From Ignavibacteria bacterium UBA2360 (GTDB lineage Bacteria; Bacteroidota; Ignavibacteria; Tepidaquicellales; OLB5): 64,000 nt of DNA. Below the pieces are notes generated by a model. It was not told the origin of the DNA and searched no databases. It saw only the letters and a list, made by a program, of their open reading frames with translations. The stretch covers positions 1,052,463-1,116,462 of the forward strand of contig DDTQ01000011.1 in assembly GCA_002344125.1 (NCBI GenBank). The letters run 5' to 3'. Numbering within the stretch: position 1 is the stretch's first letter; each line of letters opens with the position of its first letter. A program made the position numbers and the translations under genes. Shown piece by piece: positions 47,453-56,167 of this stretch.

Positions 47453-48577
47453 TTACTTGTTATATTGATTTATTAGTTCATCTGTCATATTATCAAAAGT
47501 GAAAACATCTTCCGCGCGTTTTTTTCCATTTAAAGAAAATTTCCTGCGCAGTTCTTCATTCTGTATTAACTCACTTAATGCGGCTGCTTGACTTTTCGCG
47601 TTTTCGGGCTCAAACAATAAACCGGTTTCACCTGCAATTGTAATATCCAGCACTCCGGCAAAGCCGCTTGCGGCGGTTGGGATACCAAGAGCCATTGCTT
47701 CAAGTAATACTCTCCCAAATGATTCATCATGCGAAGGGAACGAAAGTATATCTAATACTGTCATAATTCTTTCCGGTTCTGCTGTGTAGCCTGTGAATTT
47801 TATATTTTTTAATCCCAAGCAGTCTGAAAGGTTCACAATACCGGCTTCATATTTTTCTTCACCATAGCTTGCATTTCCAATAACCAGAAAGTATAATTTT
47901 TCAGGGAACTCTTCGTTCAGCATACGCGCAGCTTCAAGAAACTCTTCATGACCCTTTCCCGGTGTCATTCTTCCTGCTATTCCAATTATAATTTTATCTT
48001 CCGGCAAATCTAATGATCTCTTAATTTCCGCAGGGTTAAATCTTCCCTTGTCAAATCGTTTCAAATCAATTCCCACCGGCAGCAAAACTATATCTTCATC
48101 CTTTACGGGTGTAGTATTTCTTACGCTGGCTTTTATGTAGTTTGAAATTGCAAAGACTTTGTTCACTCTTTTATACAAATATCGGTGAAACAGATCATTT
48201 TTCTTAACGCCGCTTGCCATGTGTTTTGTCAAAAATAAACGGGCTTTGCTGCCTGAAAATTTCAATGCAGGGGTAATGACCCAAAGATCATGGGAGTGGT
48301 TTGTATGAATTACATCGGTGTTTGAATTTTTTAAGTAATTTTTCAGTTCTATTATAGAAGAGGGTATATTCTTATTCTTGGCGAAAATAGCTATGGTTGC
48401 AAATCCCCTTGTTTTCGCTTCTTCTTCAAGCTTTGAGCCTTTTGTGCAGAGTATTTTTACATTCAAGCCTCTTTCTCTCAGCATCTTTGCAGTTTCCAGA
48501 GAGATCATTTCCAGTCCGCCCCAGGAATATGAACCGCATGAGATGAGAATATTCAATATCTTAGAATTTTCTTGCAT
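47453..48577 (-). CDS. Family-4 (GT-B) glycosyltransferase
   Basis: C-terminal ...PS.DESFGRVLLEAMA.G.P..AS..GG..... E-x7-E region; 374 aa. Confidence 0.85.
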   Translation of the reverse strand: MQENSKILNILISCGSYSWGGLEMISLETAKMLRERGLNVKILCTKGSKLEEEAKTRGFATIAIFAKNKNIPSSIIELKNYLKNSNTDVIHTNHSHDLWVITPALKFSGSKARLFLTKHMASGVKKNDLFHRYLYKRVNKVFAISNYIKASVRNTTPVKDEDIVLLPVGIDLKRFDKGRFNPAEIKRSLDLPEDKIIIGIAGRMTPGKGHEEFLEAARMLNEEFPEKLYFLVIGNASYGEEKYEAGIVNLSDCLGLKNIKFTGYTAEPERIMTVLDILSFPSHDESFGRVLLEAMALGIPTAASGFAGVLDITIAGETGLLFEPENAKSQAAALSELIQNEELRRKFSLNGKKRAEDVFTFDNMTDELINQYNK

Positions 48578-48848
48578 TTAAGTACAAATTTAACTGCAAT
48601 AAAGGAGAAGGTAAAGTATTTTTTAAATATTTCTTAGTAACTAACGTTTTGGGGGTATTGAAGCTATACCGTATAAATGTTAACTTATTGCTGAAATTTA
48701 AGGAAAACTCGATTTTTGGTTCATTAACTAAGTAGGGGAAATTAGCAGAAGGATGACAAAATAAACAAAATGAGTACGGAAGAATTCCGTACTGCAAAAA
48801 AATATACGTAATATTGAATATCAATCAAGCTGCTGAAGAGGGTGTTAA

Positions 48849-51800
48849 TTGAGTAACATTGATGGTACCCCGCGTATAATGGTTGTTGAAGATGAAGGTA
48901 TTATAGCCCAGGATATCAAGAACTGTCTTGAAGGTCTAGGCTATTTAGTGCCTGATGTAGTCTTTACAGGAAAAGAGGCGATCCTCAGAGCTGAGGAACT
49001 GCGCCCTGATCTTGTATTGATGGATATTGTCCTGAAGGGCGATATTGACGGTATAGAAACTGCCGCCGAGATAAGGAAAAAGTATAACATCCCTATTGTT
49101 TATTTAACTGCATACGAAGATGACCGCACGTTAAAACGCGCCAAAATGACCGAACCTTTAGGTTATATCTTAAAACCATTCGAAGAAAGATATCTCCGAT
49201 CAAGTATTGAAATGGCGCTTTACAAGCACCAGATGGAAACCAAGCTGAAAGAAAATGAGCGCTGGCTCAGCGCTATTCTGAAAAGCGTTGGTGACGCTGT
49301 TATTGTAACCGATGAATTCGGTTTCATAAAATTCCTTAACCCTGTTGCGGAAACATTGACAGGCTGGACTTTGGCTGAAGTTGCCGGCAAAAGAGCAAAT
49401 GAAGTACTTGTACTTCTGGATGAAGATTCAAAAGAGCCTATGCTTAACCCGATAGAAAGGGTACTGGCGGAAAATATTATCATAGGCAGAAGCAATCATA
49501 CAGTGTTAATAGCCAGAAACGGCAGGGAAGTATCCATTGATCACAGTTCATCACCTCTAAGGGATGATAAGGGCAGGCTTACAGGCGCGGTACTTATTCT
49601 TCAGGATATCACGGAAAGAAAGATTGCTGAAACTGCGCTGCGTGAAAGTGAAACAAAATTCCGTAACCTGTTTGATTATGCCACAGATGCTATTTTTGTC
49701 CAGGCGTTAAATGGGAGAATAATTTCTGTAAATAACCAGGCAAGCAAACTCCTGGGATATACCAAAGAAGAGCTTGCGAAGATGAAATTTTCTGAGCTCA
49801 TAAATGAAAATATCATAGATAATACATTTATGATATATTCTTCACTCAAGGAAAAAGGCAATTACCAGTTTGAAACAGAGTATAGAAGAAAAGACGGTAC
49901 TTACGTTGATGTAGAAATAAGCATGCGGCTTATTAAGCTTTTTGATGAAGAAGTGGTGCAGCTCTTTGTTCGTGATATCACCGAAAGAAAACTTGCCCAG
50001 GAAAAGATAGATATGCTTGCTATGGCCGTGAAAGGAATTACAGAATGCGTTAGCATTACTGATCTTGACGGCAAAGTGATTTTTGTGAATGATGCATTTG
50101 AAACAATTTATGGATATTCAAAAGAAGAAATTCTTGGTAAACCTATTACCATTGTCAGGAGTCCCAACAATCCGCCGAACATAAACGAGCAGATTATAGA
50201 GCAGACTGATAGAGGCGGGTGGCAGGGTGAACTTATCAACCGGACAAAGGATGGAAGGGAATTCCCTGTCTATCTTTCAACCTCAATTCTTAAGAATGAT
50301 TCCGGAAAAGCGGCTGCGCACATAGGTATTGCCAGCGATATAACCGAACGCAAAAAAGCCGAAGAAGCGGTAAAACAAAGCGAAAAACGCTTCCAGGATC
50401 TGTATGACAGCGCGCCGGACATGTATTTTTCTATTTCACCTACCGGCAGGGTTAAATCTGTTAACAGGTTCGGTTCAGAGTATCTTGGTTATACCTCAGA
50501 TGAACTAATTGGCAACGAAGTGTGGAAGGTTGTTCATCCTGATGACAGGGAACTTGTAATAGAAAGAATAAGCGAGATCTTTTCGAAGAAGCTGGAAAGC
50601 GCGAAACTTGAGTTCAGAAAGCTTCGTAAAGATGGTACCGTTATATGGGTTAATGAAAGTACAAGGCTGATCTCTGATATTAACGGGATCCCCAAAGAAT
50701 TGTTCATTATATGCAGGGATATAACACCTAATAAAGAATTCCAGATCGCGCTTCTTGAAAGTGAGAAGAAGTACAGAAATCTCGCGCAAAACGCTCCTGT
50801 ATCTGTGGCAAGATTCTCTATGACATCCAATGATTTTGAATATGCCAATGATGAGTTCGCAAGGCAGATGGGATGCTCTGTGGAAGAATACAGCCATCTT
50901 TCCAGAACAGAAAAGACTAACATAATTTACGTTGAAGATAGAAAAAAGGTTCAGGATAATTATGATCACTGGAAGAAAAACGGCTTTAAAGGTATGCTGC
51001 ATTTTGACTATCGTATATTCAATCTGAAAAAAGAACTTATATGGCTTGATACCTTTATATACGCGGATTTTGATGATACTGGCAGGGCTGTTGTTATGAA
51101 TGAGATTTGTATTGATATAACCGAACGAAAGAAGGCCGAACTCACAATTCTTGAAAGTGAGAAAAAGTACAAAAATCTTGCGGCCAACGCTCCAATTGCG
51201 GTAACAAGGATCTCGGCGGATACAATGAAATATGAATATGTAAATGATGAGTTTACACGCCAGACCGGTTACACAATGGAAGAGTATAATGCCCTTTCCG
51301 CTGAAGAGCTCAAAGCAATGGCTTTCCCCGAGGACCGGCAGAGAGTCAATGAATTCTTCAATAAATGGAGAAATGAGGGTTTTAAAGATACTCAGCATAT
51401 CGATTACAGGACATTCAACAGGCTTGGTGAAATTATATGGGTTGATACATTCCTGTTTGCTGATTTTGATGAAAGCGGTAAAGTTGGAGCAATAAACCAG
51501 ATATGTATCGATATAACTGAGCAGAAAAAAGCGCAGGAAAAAATTGTTGAAAACGAAAACAAATATAAAAATCTTGCGGCAAACGCGCCTGTGGCAGTAA
51601 CAAGAGTTATGCTGAAAACAGGAGCGTATGATTTTGTAAACAGCGAATTCATAAGGCAATCAGGTTATTCCATGGATGAGTTCAACCATCTGAATGACAT
51701 GCAGCTTGTGGAAATGATCCATCATGATGACAGGGAAAAGGTTTTTAATTTCTATAAAGATTGGGCTGCCGTAAGATATACAGGTACTCAGCATATGGAG

Positions 51801-54215
51801 TACAGGATCATAAACAGGCACAAGTCAGTGCTTTGGCTTGATACTTATCTTTATGCCGAGTATGACTCATCTAAAGAAGCCGTTGCGATCAACCAGATAT
51901 GCATTGATGTAACCGAGCGCAAGAAAGCCGAAGAGGAACTGACAGAAAAGGATAAACGATTCCGCGCGCTGATAGATAATATAACTGATCTTATTTCGCT
52001 TGTAGATGCTTCCGGAAAGATCATTTATGCAAGTCCCTCGGTAACAAAAATGCTGGGTTACGAAGATGAAAATTACACCGGCAGGAATATATTCGACTTC
52101 ATAAACGATGAAGACCGCCACAGCGCGGAAAATATGTTCAGGGAAGTTTTGACAGAAGAAGGAAAGATCGTCAATAATATCCAGTTGAGGTTCAGGAATA
52201 AGAACGGCGATTGGATCTGGCACGAAGCTACTGCGCATAATCTGATAAACGATCCTTCGATAAGAGCCATTGTTTTCAATTACAGGGATATCACCGAAAG
52301 GAAAAAAGCTGAACAGGAAATCCTGCTGCAAAAATCTTACTTCCAGCAATTATTCGAAAACTCTCCTGAAGGTATAGTTGTTTTGGATAACCAGGACAGG
52401 ATTCTCAACGCCAATAAAGGCTTTGAGCGGATGTTCCAGTTCAGTGCGGATGAAATTAAAGGCAAAACACTTAACGATATAATTGTGCCTGAAAGCATGC
52501 TTGAACAGGCAACTCAAATGACTTTGTTTGTGCTTAAAGGTGAGATCATCCACAGGGAAACCGAACGCAAGAGAAAAGACGGCAGTACAGTTGATGTATC
52601 GGTGCTTGCATATCCAATAACCCTTGAAGAGAACCAGATAGGTGTATATGGAATATACAGCGATATCACCGAAAGGAAAGAAACCGAAAAAGCTCTCAGG
52701 AACAGCGAAGAACGTTACAGGGCATTTGTAAAACAAAGCACTGAAGGAATATGGAGATTTGAATTCCTGGAACCGGTTTCAATTAAATTACCTATTGATG
52801 AACAGGTGAAAAATGTATTTAAATACGGTTACCTTGCTGAATGTAACGATGTGTTCGCCAAAATGTATGGATATGAAACCGCAGGGGATATAGCCGGCGC
52901 CAGGATTGGTGAATTGCTTATTGAAAGCGAACCCAAAAATATCGACTATATCAGGAAAAGTATTATGGGCGGCTACAAAATCGATAACGTGGAATCAGTT
53001 GAACTCGACAAGCACGGGAACAAAAGGATATTTATGAATAATCTTGTGGGTATAGTTGAAAACGAAGCGCTTATAAGGATCTGGGGTTCACAACGGGATA
53101 TAACGGATTCCAAAAGAGCGCAGGAAGAGTTAAGCAAAACGCAGTTCAGGCTCGCTACGCTGCTCAAAAATCTGCAGGATGTTGTTCTATACGAAACCGG
53201 CGGCGGTAAGGAATTCATGTCTGAAAATGTGTTTGAAATGCTTGGATACAACGCTGAGTTGTTCAACAACAGAGATTTCTTTAAGACTATAACTCATCCG
53301 GGTGACTGGGTTGCTATTGAAGAAAAAACCAAAGAATGGCACAAAGCCGGCTCTCTTGGTGTCTTGAACCTGGAATTCAGGGTCAGAAGAGCTGACGGAA
53401 CCTATATATGGGTTGAAGACCATATGATCAAGGTTAAGAACAATGGTGACTCTCACATGGCAGGTGTATTGATAAACATTACGGAACATAAAACCACCGA
53501 AGGTAAACTCAAACAGCTTGCAGAAAAGCTTTCACAGTCTAACAAAGAGCTTGAGCAGTTTGCTTATGTTGCATCACATGACCTTCAGGAACCGCTCCGA
53601 ATGGTAGCGAGCTACATTCAGTTGCTGCAGCGCAGATACAAAGGCAACATTACCGCAGAAGCGGATGAATTTATAAATTATGCTGTTGATGGTGTTGTAA
53701 GAATGAAAACTCTCATCAACGATCTTCTCGCGTACTCAAGGGTGAATACAAAAGAAGCTCCCCTGGAAGATGTTGATTGCACAAAAGTGGTTGAGCAGAA
53801 TCTGAAAAATCTCTCCGCTTCAATTGCTGAAACCGGGGCAACTGTTAACTATGAAAATCTGCCGACAGTGCGTGCAAACCAGATGCAGATAAATCAGCTG
53901 TTCCAGAACCTGATAAGTAATGCTATTAAATTCAGGAAACCCGATGTTGACCCGGTAGTGAATATTTCGGCTAAACATGCAGGTGATGAATGGCTGTTCA
54001 CTGTTTCTGATAACGGCATAGGTATTGATAAAGAATTCAGCGATAAGATCTTTGTTATATTCCAGAGGCTTCACAACAGCTCTGAGTATCCGGGTACCGG
54101 AATAGGTCTTGCGATCTGCAAAAAGATCATCGAAAAACTTGGCGGGCATCTGTGGGTTGAATCTGAACCCGGTCAGGGAGCTACATTTACCTTCACAATT
54201 CCTGATAAAGAGTAG
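48849..54215 (+). CDS. Giant hybrid sensor: N-terminal receiver, about 11 PAS/PAC units, HisKA and HATPase_c
   Basis: REC (…VVEDEG…LVLMDI…), eleven units each ending in an (I/V)T(E/D/P)xK linker (nine are ITE(R/Q/H)K), H-box FAYVASHDLQEPLR, and ATPase N/G boxes (…NAIKF…, …DNGIGI…, GTGIGLAICKKI). TTG start; an in-frame ATG lies at 48879. Confidence 0.9.
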   Translation: MSNIDGTPRIMVVEDEGIIAQDIKNCLEGLGYLVPDVVFTGKEAILRAEELRPDLVLMDIVLKGDIDGIETAAEIRKKYNIPIVYLTAYEDDRTLKRAKMTEPLGYILKPFEERYLRSSIEMALYKHQMETKLKENERWLSAILKSVGDAVIVTDEFGFIKFLNPVAETLTGWTLAEVAGKRANEVLVLLDEDSKEPMLNPIERVLAENIIIGRSNHTVLIARNGREVSIDHSSSPLRDDKGRLTGAVLILQDITERKIAETALRESETKFRNLFDYATDAIFVQALNGRIISVNNQASKLLGYTKEELAKMKFSELINENIIDNTFMIYSSLKEKGNYQFETEYRRKDGTYVDVEISMRLIKLFDEEVVQLFVRDITERKLAQEKIDMLAMAVKGITECVSITDLDGKVIFVNDAFETIYGYSKEEILGKPITIVRSPNNPPNINEQIIEQTDRGGWQGELINRTKDGREFPVYLSTSILKNDSGKAAAHIGIASDITERKKAEEAVKQSEKRFQDLYDSAPDMYFSISPTGRVKSVNRFGSEYLGYTSDELIGNEVWKVVHPDDRELVIERISEIFSKKLESAKLEFRKLRKDGTVIWVNESTRLISDINGIPKELFIICRDITPNKEFQIALLESEKKYRNLAQNAPVSVARFSMTSNDFEYANDEFARQMGCSVEEYSHLSRTEKTNIIYVEDRKKVQDNYDHWKKNGFKGMLHFDYRIFNLKKELIWLDTFIYADFDDTGRAVVMNEICIDITERKKAELTILESEKKYKNLAANAPIAVTRISADTMKYEYVNDEFTRQTGYTMEEYNALSAEELKAMAFPEDRQRVNEFFNKWRNEGFKDTQHIDYRTFNRLGEIIWVDTFLFADFDESGKVGAINQICIDITEQKKAQEKIVENENKYKNLAANAPVAVTRVMLKTGAYDFVNSEFIRQSGYSMDEFNHLNDMQLVEMIHHDDREKVFNFYKDWAAVRYTGTQHMEYRIINRHKSVLWLDTYLYAEYDSSKEAVAINQICIDVTERKKAEEELTEKDKRFRALIDNITDLISLVDASGKIIYASPSVTKMLGYEDENYTGRNIFDFINDEDRHSAENMFREVLTEEGKIVNNIQLRFRNKNGDWIWHEATAHNLINDPSIRAIVFNYRDITERKKAEQEILLQKSYFQQLFENSPEGIVVLDNQDRILNANKGFERMFQFSADEIKGKTLNDIIVPESMLEQATQMTLFVLKGEIIHRETERKRKDGSTVDVSVLAYPITLEENQIGVYGIYSDITERKETEKALRNSEERYRAFVKQSTEGIWRFEFLEPVSIKLPIDEQVKNVFKYGYLAECNDVFAKMYGYETAGDIAGARIGELLIESEPKNIDYIRKSIMGGYKIDNVESVELDKHGNKRIFMNNLVGIVENEALIRIWGSQRDITDSKRAQEELSKTQFRLATLLKNLQDVVLYETGGGKEFMSENVFEMLGYNAELFNNRDFFKTITHPGDWVAIEEKTKEWHKAGSLGVLNLEFRVRRADGTYIWVEDHMIKVKNNGDSHMAGVLINITEHKTTEGKLKQLAEKLSQSNKELEQFAYVASHDLQEPLRMVASYIQLLQRRYKGNITAEADEFINYAVDGVVRMKTLINDLLAYSRVNTKEAPLEDVDCTKVVEQNLKNLSASIAETGATVNYENLPTVRANQMQINQLFQNLISNAIKFRKPDVDPVVNISAKHAGDEWLFTVSDNGIGIDKEFSDKIFVIFQRLHNSSEYPGTGIGLAICKKIIEKLGGHLWVESEPGQGATFTFTIPDKE

Positions 54216-54304
54216 TTACTCTCAGGCTCTTCAATAAGCCCCCCTTCCTTGTTGTTAGTTTTTTAATTTGGTATTTTTGAGAATAAAGTTAAACAAAATT
54301 ATAA

Positions 54305-54742
54305 ATGGATTATATTCCGAAATGTCTGCAGGTATTGCTTGTAGAAGATAATGAAGGCGATGTACGGCTAATTAAAGAGGCGTTCAGCGAAAGCAAAGTT
54401 GATAAGAACTTCACTGTTGCGCGCGATGGCGAAGATGCCTTAAATTACCTTTATGGCAGAGGGAAGTATACCGAAAGAGTTAAACCTGATATAATTTTGC
54501 TGGATATTAACCTGCCCAAGAAGAACGGCTTTGAAGTTCTTGAAAACATTAAAAATGACGCCGAGCTAAAAAAGATTCCGGTTATTATGCTCAGCAGTTC
54601 AAGCTCAGAAGATCACATTACTAAATCTTATGACTTAAGCGCCAATTGTTACGTAACTAAACCGGTTGATTTTGATGAATATACACAGGCAGTCAAGATC
54701 ATTGAGGACTTTTGGTTCCAAATGGCAAAACTGCCGGGGTAG
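54305..54742 (+). CDS. Stand-alone CheY-like response-regulator receiver (Rcp1-like)
   Basis: ...LLVEDNEGD..L.... ...ILLDINLPKKNGFEVL..IK... ...P.IMLSSS.... Confidence 0.9.
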   Translation: MDYIPKCLQVLLVEDNEGDVRLIKEAFSESKVDKNFTVARDGEDALNYLYGRGKYTERVKPDIILLDINLPKKNGFEVLENIKNDAELKKIPVIMLSSSSSEDHITKSYDLSANCYVTKPVDFDEYTQAVKIIEDFWFQMAKLPG

Positions 54743-54772
54743 TTCATTGATTGTTAAAATTAAGGAAAGCAA

Positions 54773-54809
54773 AAGCCCGTTATAGAAAGTTCTATAACGG
54801 GCTTTTTAT
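54773..54809. terminator. Bidirectional rho-independent terminator between convergent genes
   Basis: AGCCCGTTATAG-N7-CTATAACGGGCT flanked by an A-run and a T-run. Confidence 0.8.
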
Positions 54810-54845
54810 TTAAACTTCGGTTCAGCTCTTGTTGATTTGCTGCTT

Positions 54846-54950
54846 CAATTCATTCCTGCTCTAATTCATTGCAGCTCTAATTCATTGCAGCTTTAATTCA
54901 TTGCAGCTCTAATTCATTGCAGCTTTAATTCATTGCAGCTTTAATTTCTG
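54846..54950. repeat. 16-bp tandem repeat (TAATTCATTGCAGCTY), about 6.5 units, overlapping the stop codon of the minus-strand redoxin gene
   Basis: Five perfect units start at 54862, 54878, 54894, 54910 and 54926. A degenerate unit sits at 54846 and a partial one at 54942. Confidence 0.95.
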
Positions 54951-55410
54951 TTTCAAACTGCTCGTATGTTTTATTGCCAAGCAGGGATTTAACAAGCTTA
55001 CCTTCTTTATCGTAAATTCCTGTATATGGAATTTCTCCCTGCCACCCATTATCAACATAATTCATAATTGTCTCAGGGTTGCTGAAGTTTCCGAAATACG
55101 AGGTAAAATCCACTCCCTGTTTTTTAAGAAACGGGAGCAGCTTTGAATCATATTCAGATTTATCATCCAGTGAAATAAAGATCAATACAAATTCTTTTTC
55201 TTTATAATCATTGTAAAGTTTCACCAGTTCTGGAAACTCCTTAACACAAGGAGGGCACCATGTGGCCCAAAAATTCACTAATATTACTTTTCCTTTTGAA
55301 TTATCCAGTAAGGCCTTATACTCATCAGTGGTAGTAATTGTTTTTACTTCCTGTGAATGAAGAGTAACTGATAATAACAATAAAAACGCTAATGCCGCAA
55401 ACTTTTTCAT
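54925..55410 (-). CDS. TlpA/ResA-like thiol:disulfide oxidoreductase (secreted thioredoxin fold)
   Basis: Signal peptide and the WATWCPPC active site. Confidence 0.85.
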   Translation of the reverse strand: MKKFAALAFLLLLSVTLHSQEVKTITTTDEYKALLDNSKGKVILVNFWATWCPPCVKEFPELVKLYNDYKEKEFVLIFISLDDKSEYDSKLLPFLKKQGVDFTSYFGNFSNPETIMNYVDNGWQGEIPYTGIYDKEGKLVKSLLGNKTYEQFETEIKAAMN

Positions 55411-55424
55411 TTTAGATATAACTG

Positions 55425-56015
55425 TTATTTTTCAATTCTTTTTATTCCGCAGCCAAATGATTTCGTCTCTTTTACTGATACTTCTTTTCCTGCGGCAACA
55501 TCTTCAACTGCGTTATTCAGATCATGAACTGTCTGCTCACCCGCTGACTTATTATCTGAAATTCTTCCGTGATATAAAATTACATTCTCTTTGTTAACTA
55601 CAAAAGCTTCAGGTGTTCTTGTTGCGCCAAAAAGATCGGCAACAACATTGTTTTCATCTTTAAGCATCGGGAAATTATAACTGTTCTTCTTTGCATGGTC
55701 AATAACTACATCTTTGCTTTCAGTATTATTTGAGTTAATTACCCAAACAGTGAAGCCTTTATCTGTGTAATTTTTTACATAATCATTTATTCTGTCATTA
55801 TAAGGCTGTACCCAGGGACATTCTGTTGACCAGAATATTACTATTACACCTTTTTCAGATGCCGCCAGGGCCTCACTGAAATTGTAAGATACACCATCAT
55901 AATTTGTAATTGTAAATCCGTCCACTTTATCGCCCGGACCCTTTGAAAACGACAATAGATCAACTGTAATTGCGAAAAATAATAAAAAAACGCTAAGAAT
56001 TAGCTTCTTTGACAT
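55425..56015 (-). CDS. Redoxin/thioredoxin-fold protein with an atypical active site
   Basis: FWSTECPWV at the CxxC position (single Cys) plus a C-terminal FGCGIK cysteine. Signal peptide present. Confidence 0.65.
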   Translation of the reverse strand: MSKKLILSVFLLFFAITVDLLSFSKGPGDKVDGFTITNYDGVSYNFSEALAASEKGVIVIFWSTECPWVQPYNDRINDYVKNYTDKGFTVWVINSNNTESKDVVIDHAKKNSYNFPMLKDENNVVADLFGATRTPEAFVVNKENVILYHGRISDNKSAGEQTVHDLNNAVEDVAAGKEVSVKETKSFGCGIKRIEK

Positions 56016-56167
56016 AATTTCTCCTGATTATTTTAGTTTAATTATTAAGTTATTAATAATTAAAAAGAAAATCAGGCTAATAAAGTTTCATAATTTTAAC
56101 AATTATATTTATTTATTTTTGAATACGAAAACCGGGATTTTCTTATTATTTTTGAAAAATCACTTAA

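Noticed and set aside
50505-51659. A 384-aa ORF antisense to the histidine-kinase gene
   Set aside because: It lies entirely inside a CDS with strong domain support, over the triplicated PAS region. Its translation is low-complexity, with no motif, start context or independent signals.
55425-56015. The redoxin gene as a pseudogene or inactive copy because it lacks CxxC
   Set aside because: The ORF is intact with a signal peptide. The single active-site Cys (ECPWV) plus a C-terminal GCGIK cysteine fits a 1-Cys or remote-resolving-Cys thioredoxin-fold variant rather than gene decay.
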